Assembly (NCBI GenBank): GCA_038245295.1
Contig: JBBRSP010000008.1
Coordinates: 160,001-224,000, forward strand
DNA length: 64,000 nt
Reading direction: 5' to 3'
Source: Candidatus Binatia bacterium
GTDB lineage: Bacteria > Desulfobacterota > Binatia > HRBIN30
Shown here: one piece after another, positions 28,921 through 38,168 of the stretch
How the letters are laid out: every line of letters begins with the position of its first letter
How positions within the stretch are numbered: position 1 is the first letter of the stretch
Made by a program: the position numbers and the translations under genes
The notes under the pieces: model-generated
The model's input: the letters and a program-made list of their open reading frames with translations, nothing else
What the model was told of the DNA's origin: nothing
Databases searched by the model: none

Positions 28921-31533
28921 ATGGAAGTTTCCGCAGTCCGCCACCAGCCGAGCGATCTGCTGAGCGAGCCCGGTGCCCTGAACCGGTTGGGTTTCCTGCC
29001 GAACTGGATCTGCCAGCGCTTCTTGTCACAGGTGCGTATCGACCCCGGCGCGATAGAACACATTCGCGGCTTGGCGCAGCGTGGCAGCATCGTCTACGTG
29101 ATGCGCTATCGCTCGCTGGTCGACTACATGTTGATCGCCTTCACGTTGTTGCGCGAAGGGTTGCCGCTGCCGGCGTTTGTTTCAGACATTCCGAGTCTCC
29201 TCTTGCACCCGGTGAGCGAAATTCTCTCGACCTTGTGGCACCGCCTGCGCTCGGCGCGGGCGCTCGGCGGTACCCTGCGGCACCAGGATGATCGTGATCG
29301 CTGTCAGCGCTTGGTCCGTGGTGGACGACCGATCCTGGTGTTCATGCGCAGCCGAGCCCCGCGGCTGCGTTTCTTCGGCAGTCGGCGTGTCGCGTTGCAG
29401 CGTGTGCGCAGCGGCACCGACTACATGCGCGAGATCGTCCATGCGCGCGGTGGCGGTGACCATGAAGTGTTTCTGGTTCCGTTGGCGGTGTTGCGCGGCC
29501 GTGGGTACCAGCGCAAGGAATCGCGCCTGGCCACCTTCGTCTACAGCGTCCAGGAGGCGCCGGGCGAGATGAAGCGGTTGTTATCGATGCTTTGGAATGC
29601 CCGCGACACCAGCATCACCGTCGGCAAACACGTCGAGCTCGGTGAGTTCATCGAGCAGCATCGCGACGAGGGAGAAGAGCGTATCGTCCGCCGCTTGTCA
29701 CGCGCCCTGCAGGTGTTCCTCTATCGCGAAGAGAAGGTCGTTTGGGGGCCGACCCTGCTGCCGAAGCAACGCGTGCGACAGATGGTGTTGCAGACCGACG
29801 AGCTGTCGGCGCTGGTGCGCCAGTTGTCGCGCGAGAGCGGCGAGCCCGAATCGAAACTGTGGAAGACGGCCGAGCGCTACTTCGACGAAATGGCCGCCAA
29901 CTATCAGGGCAGCTATTTTGCGATCCTCGAGTTCCTGTTCAGTCGTGTCTGGCCACGCGTCTTCCAGGGGTTCGACTATCGCGGGCTCGACAAAGTAATC
30001 GAGCGGATCAAAGACGATCCGGTCGTTCTGGTGCCGTGTCACCGATCGCACTTCGACTACCTCATCCTGTCGTACCTGTTTCACGTCAATTACCTGAGCC
30101 CGCCGCACATCGCGGCCGGGGTCAACCTGTCGTTCTGGCCGCTTGGTCCGCTGTTCCGCGGCGCCGGTGCCTACTTCATCCGTCGAACCTTCGAAGGCAA
30201 TCCGCTCTACAAGACGGTGTTCCGCAACTACCTGACGTTCCTGATTCGCGAGGGCTACACGCAGGAGTTCTTCATCGAAGGCGGCCGCAGCCGCACCGGC
30301 AAGATCCTTACCCCGAAGCTCGGCATGCTCTCGGCGATCGTGAATTCCTTCGTGGATGGTGTGCGACGCGACCTGTACTTCGTGCCGGTGTCGATCCAGT
30401 ACGGCCGAGTCGCCGAGGAAGAGTCGTACAAACGGGAGCTGATCGGCGCGGAGAAAGAGAAGGAATCGTTGTGGGCGTTGTTGAAGGCGCGGTCGGTGCT
30501 GCGACAGCAGCGCGGTACTGTCTACGTGACCTTCGCCGATCCGATTTCACTGGGCGAAGCCCTGGGGCAAAACAAGGACCGCTTTCGCGAACCCGGCGGC
30601 GATCGTAACGTCGAGCAGGAGAAGCGGCGTTTCATCCAGAAACTCGGCTTCCGCATTTTGCGAGACGTCAATTCCGCCAGTTTGGCTGGGGCGACGTCGG
30701 TGACATCCACCGTGCTTCTGTCGTCGCCCCACGCGGCATGGCGGTACGCCGACTTCCTGGCGGCGGCACAGTCACTGGTGGAGTATCTGAAGAGCTCGGC
30801 GGTGACGCTGACACCATCCCTGGAGCGCAATGCCGACGACTTCCTCGAGAACCTGAACTTCCTCGAGAAAGGCGGCCTCGTGCAGCGCGTATCCGGCGCC
30901 GAGGCGATGATCCATCTGCCTTCCGAAAAGCGCATGACGCTGGATTTCTACAAGAACAACACGATTCACTTCTACCTCTTTCCGGCCTTGGTGATTCGAG
31001 CGCTGCGCCAAGGTGTGCCGGTCGCCGACGTCAACGCCGACGTCGGCTGGTGGCTCGAGCTGCTGCGCTGGGAGTTCGCCCTGCCGGAGCGCAGCGCCTT
31101 TCCCGCCGAGGTCGACAAGGTCTTGGCGTACTTGCGCGACCATGGGGCACTGGACGATTCGGTGATCGACACGACGCAGCCCTTCGTCCGGACGCTAGGA
31201 GGGCTGCTCGACAATTTTGCCGAGGCCTACTGGGTGATGGCGCGCGCGGCGGTGAGCTTGCCGGAGGCAGGCATGACCGTGAAGCAGTTCACCGAGTCGG
31301 TGCGCAAACGATTTGCCGCGAGCCTGTTGTTGGGCGAGGTCAAGCGTCCCGAGGGCAACTCCACCGTAACCTATGAAAACGCTCTCAATCGATATGCGGA
31401 GGTCGGTTGGCTGCAGTTGGAAGGGAAGGGGCGCAGCCGTGACCGCCAGGTTCGGCGCGGCCCGCGCTGGAGCGAGTTGGCCGACGTGGAGCGTCGTCTG
31501 TTCACGGCGCTGCAAGCTAGCGCGCGAAATTAG
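28921..31533 (+). CDS. plsB: Glycerol-3-phosphate O-acyltransferase
   Basis: Acyltransferase blocks PCHRSHFDY, GAYFIRR, FFIEGGRSRTG and FVPVSIQY; FYKNNTIH. Confidence 0.88.
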   Translation: MEVSAVRHQPSDLLSEPGALNRLGFLPNWICQRFLSQVRIDPGAIEHIRGLAQRGSIVYVMRYRSLVDYMLIAFTLLREGLPLPAFVSDIPSLLLHPVSEILSTLWHRLRSARALGGTLRHQDDRDRCQRLVRGGRPILVFMRSRAPRLRFFGSRRVALQRVRSGTDYMREIVHARGGGDHEVFLVPLAVLRGRGYQRKESRLATFVYSVQEAPGEMKRLLSMLWNARDTSITVGKHVELGEFIEQHRDEGEERIVRRLSRALQVFLYREEKVVWGPTLLPKQRVRQMVLQTDELSALVRQLSRESGEPESKLWKTAERYFDEMAANYQGSYFAILEFLFSRVWPRVFQGFDYRGLDKVIERIKDDPVVLVPCHRSHFDYLILSYLFHVNYLSPPHIAAGVNLSFWPLGPLFRGAGAYFIRRTFEGNPLYKTVFRNYLTFLIREGYTQEFFIEGGRSRTGKILTPKLGMLSAIVNSFVDGVRRDLYFVPVSIQYGRVAEEESYKRELIGAEKEKESLWALLKARSVLRQQRGTVYVTFADPISLGEALGQNKDRFREPGGDRNVEQEKRRFIQKLGFRILRDVNSASLAGATSVTSTVLLSSPHAAWRYADFLAAAQSLVEYLKSSAVTLTPSLERNADDFLENLNFLEKGGLVQRVSGAEAMIHLPSEKRMTLDFYKNNTIHFYLFPALVIRALRQGVPVADVNADVGWWLELLRWEFALPERSAFPAEVDKVLAYLRDHGALDDSVIDTTQPFVRTLGGLLDNFAEAYWVMARAAVSLPEAGMTVKQFTESVRKRFAASLLLGEVKRPEGNSTVTYENALNRYAEVGWLQLEGKGRSRDRQVRRGPRWSELADVERRLFTALQASARN

Positions 31534-31695
31534 GGTGGCTGTTGAAAGTATTAGGAGAATCTCGGTGCGCGCGGCGCAGAGGGCTGTTGACGAGCGAGCG
31601 CATGGCGTGAGAGAAACCGGCCCGTCAGAGTTACAGTTGAAGCATGCCGGGGCAGCGGTGGCGCGACCGGTTGAACGGCAGGCGAGGCGTGAAGC

Positions 31696-32031
31696 ATGGC
31701 GCTAGACGAGCTTGGGCTCGAGCAGCGGGTGGAACAGACAACCCGTGATCTCGTGCAAGCCATCAATGATGGCGATCCGGAGATGCGTCTGACGCTACGT
31801 GAACTGGCGGTTGGGATCCTGCGCGACGAAGTGTTCGTTCCGGACCGTTCGACCGCGCCTGCCGGAGTGGGCGGCCAGGGTACGTTCAATGCGTTCGGGG
31901 TTGGTATTCCGCTGGTGTTGATGGGCTCGGTTCTGATCTTCCTGTTCCCGTTGCTTGGGCTCGTGATGTTTGCGGGTGCGGCCTTGATGATTGCTTGGGG
32001 TGTGGCGGCGACATTGTGGGCGCGCTCTTGA
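31696..32031 (+). CDS. Hypothetical membrane protein at the head of the Rieske/cyt b operon
   Basis: Two C-terminal hydrophobic helices; GAGG upstream; ends 20 bp before the Rieske gene. Confidence 0.7.
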   Translation: MALDELGLEQRVEQTTRDLVQAINDGDPEMRLTLRELAVGILRDEVFVPDRSTAPAGVGGQGTFNAFGVGIPLVLMGSVLIFLFPLLGLVMFAGAALMIAWGVAATLWARS

Positions 32032-32051
32032 GGTTGTAAGGACAAGGGACG

Positions 32052-32645
32052 ATGGCCAAAGCAGAAAAAGAGCAGTCTCCCGAAGAACTCGCCGAGCTTC
32101 AGGCTCGGCGTCGTGTCGAGCAAGCGTTGGAACGCGCCAAGCGCGACAAAGAACGCACGCAGCTTGGCGGCTTATGGTCGCGCCGCGATTTCCTGGGCCG
32201 CCTCAGCTGGGGCGGTTTTGGAGTTGTCACCGCGATTGGCCTGCTGGGATTCCTTCGATCTGCCTTTCCGCGGGTCTTGTTTACGCCCCCCTCGAGCTTC
32301 AAGGCGGGCCTTCCCAGCGACTATCCGGTCGGCGAAGTCAGCGAGAAGTACAAAAAAGAGTTTCGTGTTTGGATTGTCCGCGACACCGAGGGATTCTTTG
32401 CGATCTACGCCAAGTGCACCCACCTGGGTTGCACACCGCGATGGCTGGCCTCGGACAGTAAGTTCAAGTGCCCGTGTCACGGTAGCGGCTACTACAAGAC
32501 GGGTGTGAATTTCGAAGGCCCGGCGCCACGTCCGATGGACCGTGTGCGGATTGTGCTGGCCGATGATGGGCAGATCGTCGTCGATACGAGTGTGAAGTAC
32601 GTCTACGGCACGTGGGACAAGCCCGGTGCGTTTTTGAAGATCTGA
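32052..32645 (+). CDS. qcrA: Rieske [2Fe-2S] subunit of the quinol:cytochrome c reductase
   Basis: Tat motif SRRDFL, CTHLGC, CPCHGSGY and GPAPRPM. Confidence 0.95.
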   Translation: MAKAEKEQSPEELAELQARRRVEQALERAKRDKERTQLGGLWSRRDFLGRLSWGGFGVVTAIGLLGFLRSAFPRVLFTPPSSFKAGLPSDYPVGEVSEKYKKEFRVWIVRDTEGFFAIYAKCTHLGCTPRWLASDSKFKCPCHGSGYYKTGVNFEGPAPRPMDRVRIVLADDGQIVVDTSVKYVYGTWDKPGAFLKI

Positions 32646-32669
32646 GCAAGTAGGGGTGGGGACAGCAGT

Positions 32670-33440
32670 ATGTCGATGATTGACGAGATCAAGCGTCAGG
32701 TCATGGAATCCCAGGTCTGGCAGTCCATCTTCCGACACGGTTACGAGGATACGCCCCGTAATCGTGTCCTGATGGTGTCAGGCAACGTGTGGATGCACTT
32801 GCATCCATCGAAGGTGCGCAAACACGCGACCAAACTGCGCTTTACCTGGTGCATGGGTGGGATTACCTTTCTGATGTTCCTGGTGACCGTGGTGACCGGC
32901 GTCTACCTCATGTTCTACTACCGGCCGACCGCCGAATACGCCTACGCCGACATGAAGTATCTCGAGTTCGACATGCCGTTCGGGATGCTGATGCGCAACA
33001 TGCATCGTTGGGCGGCGCACGGCATGGTGATCGCGGTTTGGCTGCATATGTTCCGCGTCTTCCTCACCGGCTCGTACAAACCACCACGCGAGTTCAACTG
33101 GGTGATTGGTGTGATCCTTCTCGTGTTGACCTTGTTGCTGAGTTTCACCGGCTATCTCTTGCCGTGGGATCAGTTGGCGATCTGGGCCGTGACCGTCGGT
33201 TCGAACATGGGTCGCGCCACGCCACTGCTGGGTCACGAAGGCCCGTTCCACGATCTCATCGGCGCCAACCCGATTTACGACGCGCGCGCCTTTTTGTTCG
33301 GCGGCGGCGAGATCGGGCCGCACACGTTGATGCGGTTCTACATTCTACACTGCATCTTCATTCCCTTGGTGGCGAGCTTGTTCATGGCGGTGCACTTCTG
33401 GCGCATTCGTCGGGACGGGTTCTCTGGGCCTCCAGTGTGA
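32670..33440 (+). CDS. qcrB: Cytochrome b6-type N-terminal subunit
   Basis: WCMGG, RNMHRWAAH...HM.RVF..GSYK.PRE.NW, TGYLLPWDQ and RFYILH...HF. Confidence 0.95.
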   Translation: MSMIDEIKRQVMESQVWQSIFRHGYEDTPRNRVLMVSGNVWMHLHPSKVRKHATKLRFTWCMGGITFLMFLVTVVTGVYLMFYYRPTAEYAYADMKYLEFDMPFGMLMRNMHRWAAHGMVIAVWLHMFRVFLTGSYKPPREFNWVIGVILLVLTLLLSFTGYLLPWDQLAIWAVTVGSNMGRATPLLGHEGPFHDLIGANPIYDARAFLFGGGEIGPHTLMRFYILHCIFIPLVASLFMAVHFWRIRRDGFSGPPV

Positions 33441-33456
33441 TGCAGGGGAGGTTGTT

Positions 33457-33615
33457 GTGAGCTTCGAACTCAAAGCGGCGGCGGGTACTTTCGTGTTGCT
33501 CATCGTTGCCGGGGCCTCCGGCACAAGCGGGCGCGTGCTGGTGCTGCCGCTGATGTTCACGCTGATCATGATCTTGCTCTACTGGGCGGCGGCGCCCAAG
33601 GACAAGAAGGAGTAG
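33457..33615 (+). CDS. Small hydrophobic protein (52 aa), not in the ORF track
   Basis: GGGGAGG RBS, GTG start, MSFELKAAAGTFVLLIVAGASGTSGRVLVLPLMFTLIMILLYWAAAPKDKKE. Fills the gap between the two cytochrome b halves. Confidence 0.72.
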   Translation: MSFELKAAAGTFVLLIVAGASGTSGRVLVLPLMFTLIMILLYWAAAPKDKKE

Positions 33616-33618
33616 GCG

Positions 33619-34449
33619 ATGGCCGAGGCAGTACCAGCCAAAGCGGCATCCAAGGCGGTGGGCGACCCGGGCGCGCGACGGCTTGAGGTCTCCATTAAGA
33701 AGGCCACCGGGCCGGGCGACGACAAGGTCCATACGTGGCCGCATCTGGTGCGTGCCGAATTCCTCTGTACTCTGTTCATCATGGTCCTGCTTCTCGTGTG
33801 GTCGCTGCTGGTCGATGCGCCGCTCGAGGAGCCGGCTAATCCGGCCAAGACACCGAATCCGTCGAAGGCGCCATGGTACTTCCTGGGTTTGCAGGAAATG
33901 CTGGTGTTCTTCGATCCGTGGCACGCCGGCGTCGTGCTACCGTCTTTGATCATCATGGGGCTCATGGTGATTCCGTACATCGACATCAATCCGAAGGGGA
34001 ACGGCTACTACACGTTCCAGGAGCGTAAGCTCGAGCTCATGACCTTCTACTTCGGCTTCCACATTCTGTGGGTTTCGCTGATCGTCATCGGCACGCTGCT
34101 GCGCGGTCCCGGTTGGAATTGGTTCTGGCCGTGGGAGCTCTGGGACATGCACAAGGTCGAGGCGATGACCAACGTCGACCTGCCGTACAAGCTCGGCATC
34201 CGCAATCCGAATCTATCGATGGCCTTCGGCTTTGTCGCGCTCGGCGGGTACTTCGTCGTCGGCACCCTGGTGATGTACTGGTGGATCCGTGCGGTCAAAG
34301 GCGCTGAGTTCATGCAGCGCTGGGGAATGGCGCGTTTCGGGACGACATCATTCTTGTTTCTCAATATGTTGTCTGTGTTGATCAAGATGGTGATGCGCCA
34401 TGCCGGAAACATCAAGTACATCCTGGCGACGCCTTGGATCAACTTCTGA
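33619..34449 (+). CDS. Cytochrome b C-terminal subunit (subunit IV/PetD-like)
   Basis: WPHL, APLEEPANP..TPNPSKAPWYFLGLQE (a PEWY variant) and PYIDINP; extra C-terminal TM helices. Confidence 0.9.
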   Translation: MAEAVPAKAASKAVGDPGARRLEVSIKKATGPGDDKVHTWPHLVRAEFLCTLFIMVLLLVWSLLVDAPLEEPANPAKTPNPSKAPWYFLGLQEMLVFFDPWHAGVVLPSLIIMGLMVIPYIDINPKGNGYYTFQERKLELMTFYFGFHILWVSLIVIGTLLRGPGWNWFWPWELWDMHKVEAMTNVDLPYKLGIRNPNLSMAFGFVALGGYFVVGTLVMYWWIRAVKGAEFMQRWGMARFGTTSFLFLNMLSVLIKMVMRHAGNIKYILATPWINF

Positions 34450-34480
34450 GCGTGATATCACATTCACTGAGGTCGCAAGC

Positions 34481-34654
34481 TTGGCGGTTACGGTCGCGAA
34501 AGTTTTGGAAGCACTAGGCCTGGGGTTCACGAGCTACGCGTTGTTCGTTGGCTTCTCGCAGGATCACAGCATGGGGCCCGAGTTGAGTTGGATGATGGGT
34601 GGAGCGGTGGTCTTTCTGCTCGGCTACGTCATCGAGAGCAAGGCTTCGGCATAG
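34481..34654 (+). CDS. Small two-TM protein (about 57 aa)
   Basis: GAGG then TTG start: MAVTVAKVLEALGLGFTSYALFVGFSQDHSMGPELSWMMGGAVVFLLGYVIESKASA. Lies between subunit IV and the multiheme gene. Confidence 0.68.
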   Translation: MAVTVAKVLEALGLGFTSYALFVGFSQDHSMGPELSWMMGGAVVFLLGYVIESKASA

Positions 34655-34664
34655 GGGTGAGATA

Positions 34665-37337
34665 GTGGCACGACGGGACGTAGACGATGAGAAGCGTTCC
34701 TACAGCGCTGTTTTTCTAGTCGCTGTTGGCTTCCTATTGGCGGGAGCGATTTGGTCGGTTTGGGACGACAACATCTCACGCCGGCCGTGGAAGCTACATC
34801 AAGCCGTCTTTTCCCAGAAGGAACAAGACCGCATCCGCGACCAGATCACCAAGGAACAAGAGCGTCTGAACGCCGATCCGACGTACGTGCAGGTCACCAA
34901 GGATCTTGCCGCGGCGAACGAGCGACTGGCTACCGGCGCCACTTCCAGTCACATCGCTGAGCTACAAACGTCTCTCACCGCCGTCACGGTGCGCTACACC
35001 GAGGCCGACCTCTACATGCGCATCAAGAAGAGCGAACTCGAGGAAGCCTGGTACTGGTACGAGACTGCCGAGACGGAACACAAGCCGACGGCGCCGCTCA
35101 AGGCGCACATCGATAAACTTGAAGGAGAGAAGACCGAGCTGCAAAAGCGGCTAACGGAAGCGAAGGGCGAGGTCGACAAGATCACGTCGGAACTGACCGA
35201 GATTCGTTCGGAGGTGAAGACCCTCGACGACAAGATCAAGGCTTTCGAGGGCGACAAGGAACGTCTGCAGGCAAAACTCGATGCCTCGATGATCAAGGTT
35301 GCCGGCTTCGAGCTGCCGACGATCCCGAAGATTCGCCAGGTGCTGCTCGCCGACTTCGAGCGCAACAACTTCGATCAGTCCATCGAGCGTGTGGATCGGT
35401 GCGTGTCGTGTCACAGCGGTATCGACAAGCCGGGCTTCGAAAACGCCGAGCAGCCGTACCGCACGCATCCCAATCGTGACGTGATCCTGGCGAAACATCC
35501 AACCGACAAATTCGGCTGTACGCCGTGCCATCAGGGCCAGGGGCCCGCCCTCAATAGTGCCGAGCAAGCCCACGGCGAAGTACATCACTTTAATGCGCCG
35601 TTGCTGCGCGGCGACAAGGTCTACGCGTCCTGCGTCAAGTGTCACGCCAACGTCTCGCGTGTGCCCGGCGCCGACACGATCGCCTACGGCGAGAAACTGT
35701 TCGAGGAGCTCGGCTGTCACGGTTGTCATCTTGTCGAAGGTTACGACGACATCGCGAAAGTGGCGCCCAACTTGAAGCGTATTGGTGCCAAGGTGGATCC
35801 GGCCTGGCTGGTGCGCTGGATTACCAATCCTCACGAGTTCCGTCCAAAAACCAAGATGCCGAACTTCCTCTTCAAACAAGACGAAGCGGTGGCGGTCGCG
35901 GCGTATTTGCTGAGCTCGACGAAGAAGGATAGCGACGACTGGCTGGCGACGCGCCCGATGCCCAAGGGCATCGACGCAAACGACGCGGCGCTGGTGCAGA
36001 AGGGCAAGGATCTGATCGACAACCTTGGATGCCGTGGTTGTCACGGGATCGATCCCGGCGAATCGCCGGCGTTGCTCGGCGAAGGCAAAGACGTCGTTCC
36101 GAATCTACAGAACATTGCCGAGAAGACGGACGCGCGCTGGATCTACTACTGGATCAAGGGCCCGCGCGATTACTCGCCGAACGCGCGGATGCCCAGTCTG
36201 CGGCTGAGCGACGACGAGGCAAAGGCTATTACTTCGTTCCTGACGACTCTAGGTAACAAGAAGCCGATGGCCGAGGTGGTCGCGCAACTCGACGATCCCG
36301 AGATGGTCAAACGCGGCGAAAAGCTGGTCCGCAAGTATGGCTGCTTTGGCTGTCACGAAGTGACGGGCATGGAGGCGGAATCGCGTGTCGGTGTCGAGCT
36401 GACGCAGTTCGGATCGAAGACGCGTGAGGAGCTTTTCTTCGGTAACCGGACGGACATCCCGCAGACGTGGGATGACTGGACCTTCAACAAGATCAAGACG
36501 CCGCGCACCTATGCGACCGAGCGTATCGAGCAGGCGATGCCGCTGTTCGATTTGCCCGACAACGACATCAAGATGCTGCGCATCTTCTTGGCCAGTCGCG
36601 TTGAACAGAAGTACCCGCCCAAATATCGGTCCGGCTCGAAGAACCCAATTCAGGGACAGCGCGAGGTGACCGGTCGCCGCCTGGTCAACCGCTACAACTG
36701 TGTCGGTTGCCATATCATCGACGGCAAGGGCGGTGTCATTCGAGCCCGCTACAAGCAAGAGGAACTGAGCCTTGCCCCGCCAATCCTCACCGGCGAGGGC
36801 AAGAAGGTCCAGACCGATTGGCTCTACAATTTCCTCAAGCAGCCCGTGCCGATCCGGCCGTGGCTCAAGGTTCGTATGCCGACCTTCGGGTTTTCCGACA
36901 AGGAAGCCCAGGGTATTGTCGAGTACTTCTCGGCGATGGATAATCTCGACAACCCCTATATCCACATCGACGATGCGAAGATTTCCGCCGAGCACATCGA
37001 GGCGGGCAAACTGCTGACGTCGGGTGATTACTTTGGCTGCTTCTCCTGCCATCAACAGGGCGAGAAGAAGCCGGAAGGTCCTCCGGAAGGTTGGGCTCCT
37101 GACCTGGTGTTGGCGCGTGAGCGTCTCAAGCCCGATTGGATCATCGACTGGCTGCATGATCCGCAGAAGCTGATGCCTGGAACCCGTATGCCGTCATTCT
37201 ATCCCGGCGGCCCGGATGACGTGCTAGGCGGTAATGAGGATCAACAGATCGAGGCGTTACGCGACTATGTGATCACCATGGGTCGACCGAAAACGACACA
37301 GGTGGCACAAACACAGAGCAACGATTCAGCGCACTAA
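34665..37337 (+). CDS. Membrane-anchored octaheme cytochrome c with N-terminal coiled coil
   Basis: TM anchor, long E/K/L-rich heptad region and eight CxxCH motifs (CVSCH, CTPCH, CVKCH, CHGCH, CRGCH, CFGCH, CVGCH, CFSCH). Repeated W...P......MP units. Confidence 0.92.
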   Translation: MARRDVDDEKRSYSAVFLVAVGFLLAGAIWSVWDDNISRRPWKLHQAVFSQKEQDRIRDQITKEQERLNADPTYVQVTKDLAAANERLATGATSSHIAELQTSLTAVTVRYTEADLYMRIKKSELEEAWYWYETAETEHKPTAPLKAHIDKLEGEKTELQKRLTEAKGEVDKITSELTEIRSEVKTLDDKIKAFEGDKERLQAKLDASMIKVAGFELPTIPKIRQVLLADFERNNFDQSIERVDRCVSCHSGIDKPGFENAEQPYRTHPNRDVILAKHPTDKFGCTPCHQGQGPALNSAEQAHGEVHHFNAPLLRGDKVYASCVKCHANVSRVPGADTIAYGEKLFEELGCHGCHLVEGYDDIAKVAPNLKRIGAKVDPAWLVRWITNPHEFRPKTKMPNFLFKQDEAVAVAAYLLSSTKKDSDDWLATRPMPKGIDANDAALVQKGKDLIDNLGCRGCHGIDPGESPALLGEGKDVVPNLQNIAEKTDARWIYYWIKGPRDYSPNARMPSLRLSDDEAKAITSFLTTLGNKKPMAEVVAQLDDPEMVKRGEKLVRKYGCFGCHEVTGMEAESRVGVELTQFGSKTREELFFGNRTDIPQTWDDWTFNKIKTPRTYATERIEQAMPLFDLPDNDIKMLRIFLASRVEQKYPPKYRSGSKNPIQGQREVTGRRLVNRYNCVGCHIIDGKGGVIRARYKQEELSLAPPILTGEGKKVQTDWLYNFLKQPVPIRPWLKVRMPTFGFSDKEAQGIVEYFSAMDNLDNPYIHIDDAKISAEHIEAGKLLTSGDYFGCFSCHQQGEKKPEGPPEGWAPDLVLARERLKPDWIIDWLHDPQKLMPGTRMPSFYPGGPDDVLGGNEDQQIEALRDYVITMGRPKTTQVAQTQSNDSAH

Positions 37338-37367
37338 CCGTTAGGCGAATACAGGAGGGATCCACGG

Positions 37368-38087
37368 ATGAAGATCAAGGCAATGATTACGGCGGCGGCG
37401 TTTGTTACGGCGGGTGCACTCTCGGCCCACGCGTATGAGGGTGGCGCGGTAACCGACGGTGGCACGATCACCGGTCAAGTGAAGCTACAGGGCACGGCGC
37501 CGGCGCCGAAGCCGATCGAAGTGACCAAGGACAAGGAAGTCTGCGGTAAGACCGCCAAGGTCAACCGTGAGCTCATCGTCAACAACGGTGGCATCCAATA
37601 CGCCGTCGTTCAGATCACCAACATCACCAAGGGCAAAGCCGAGTCGGCGACAAATGCCCTGGATCAGAATGGTTGCGAGTACCAACCGCACATCGTCCTG
37701 GTGCCTGTCGGCAAGCCGTTCGACATCAAGAACTCGGACGGCATCAACCACAACGTACACGCGTTCGGAAAGACCAATTCGGAGTGGAACAAGGCGACGC
37801 CAGGGTTCTTCACCAAGGCGAACAAGTCGCTGCAAGTGCAGTTCGACAAGCCGGAATACGTCCGTGTCGGCTGCGACGTCCACTCGTGGATGGCCGGCTG
37901 GTTCGTCGTTCGTGAACACCCGTACTACGAGGTCACTGATGCCAACGGCATGTACAAGATGACCGACGTTCCTCCGGGCGACTACGAAGTGAAGGTCTGG
38001 CACGAAAAACTTGGCGAGAAGACCGCCAAGGTCACCGTTCCGGCCAAGGGTGAAGCGAAGCTCGATTTCGAATTGCCAATGAAGTAG
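37368..38087 (+). CDS. Periplasmic cupredoxin-like protein with a carboxypeptidase-regulatory-like domain
   Basis: Signal peptide, DQ.GC.Y.PH, NSD..NHNVH, CDVHSWM and PPG.Y.V.VWHE. RBS AGGAGG. Confidence 0.85.
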   Translation: MKIKAMITAAAFVTAGALSAHAYEGGAVTDGGTITGQVKLQGTAPAPKPIEVTKDKEVCGKTAKVNRELIVNNGGIQYAVVQITNITKGKAESATNALDQNGCEYQPHIVLVPVGKPFDIKNSDGINHNVHAFGKTNSEWNKATPGFFTKANKSLQVQFDKPEYVRVGCDVHSWMAGWFVVREHPYYEVTDANGMYKMTDVPPGDYEVKVWHEKLGEKTAKVTVPAKGEAKLDFELPMK

Positions 38088-38110
38088 CGCGAATCCACAA
38101 ACCAACACAC

Positions 38111-38153
38111 CGACGCGGCCCGCTAAAGCAGCGCGCCGCGTCGTTGCGTTTTT
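38111..38153 (+). terminator. Putative intrinsic terminator after the Rieske/b operon
   Basis: CGACGCGGC...GCCGCGTCG stem followed by TTGCGTTTTT. Confidence 0.55.
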
Positions 38154-38168
38154 CGAGCTCAAACACGG

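Noticed and set aside
31537..31590. Two GGCTGTTGA motifs resembling IS ends
   Set aside because: They are short, in direct orientation, and have no transposase or matching inverted end.
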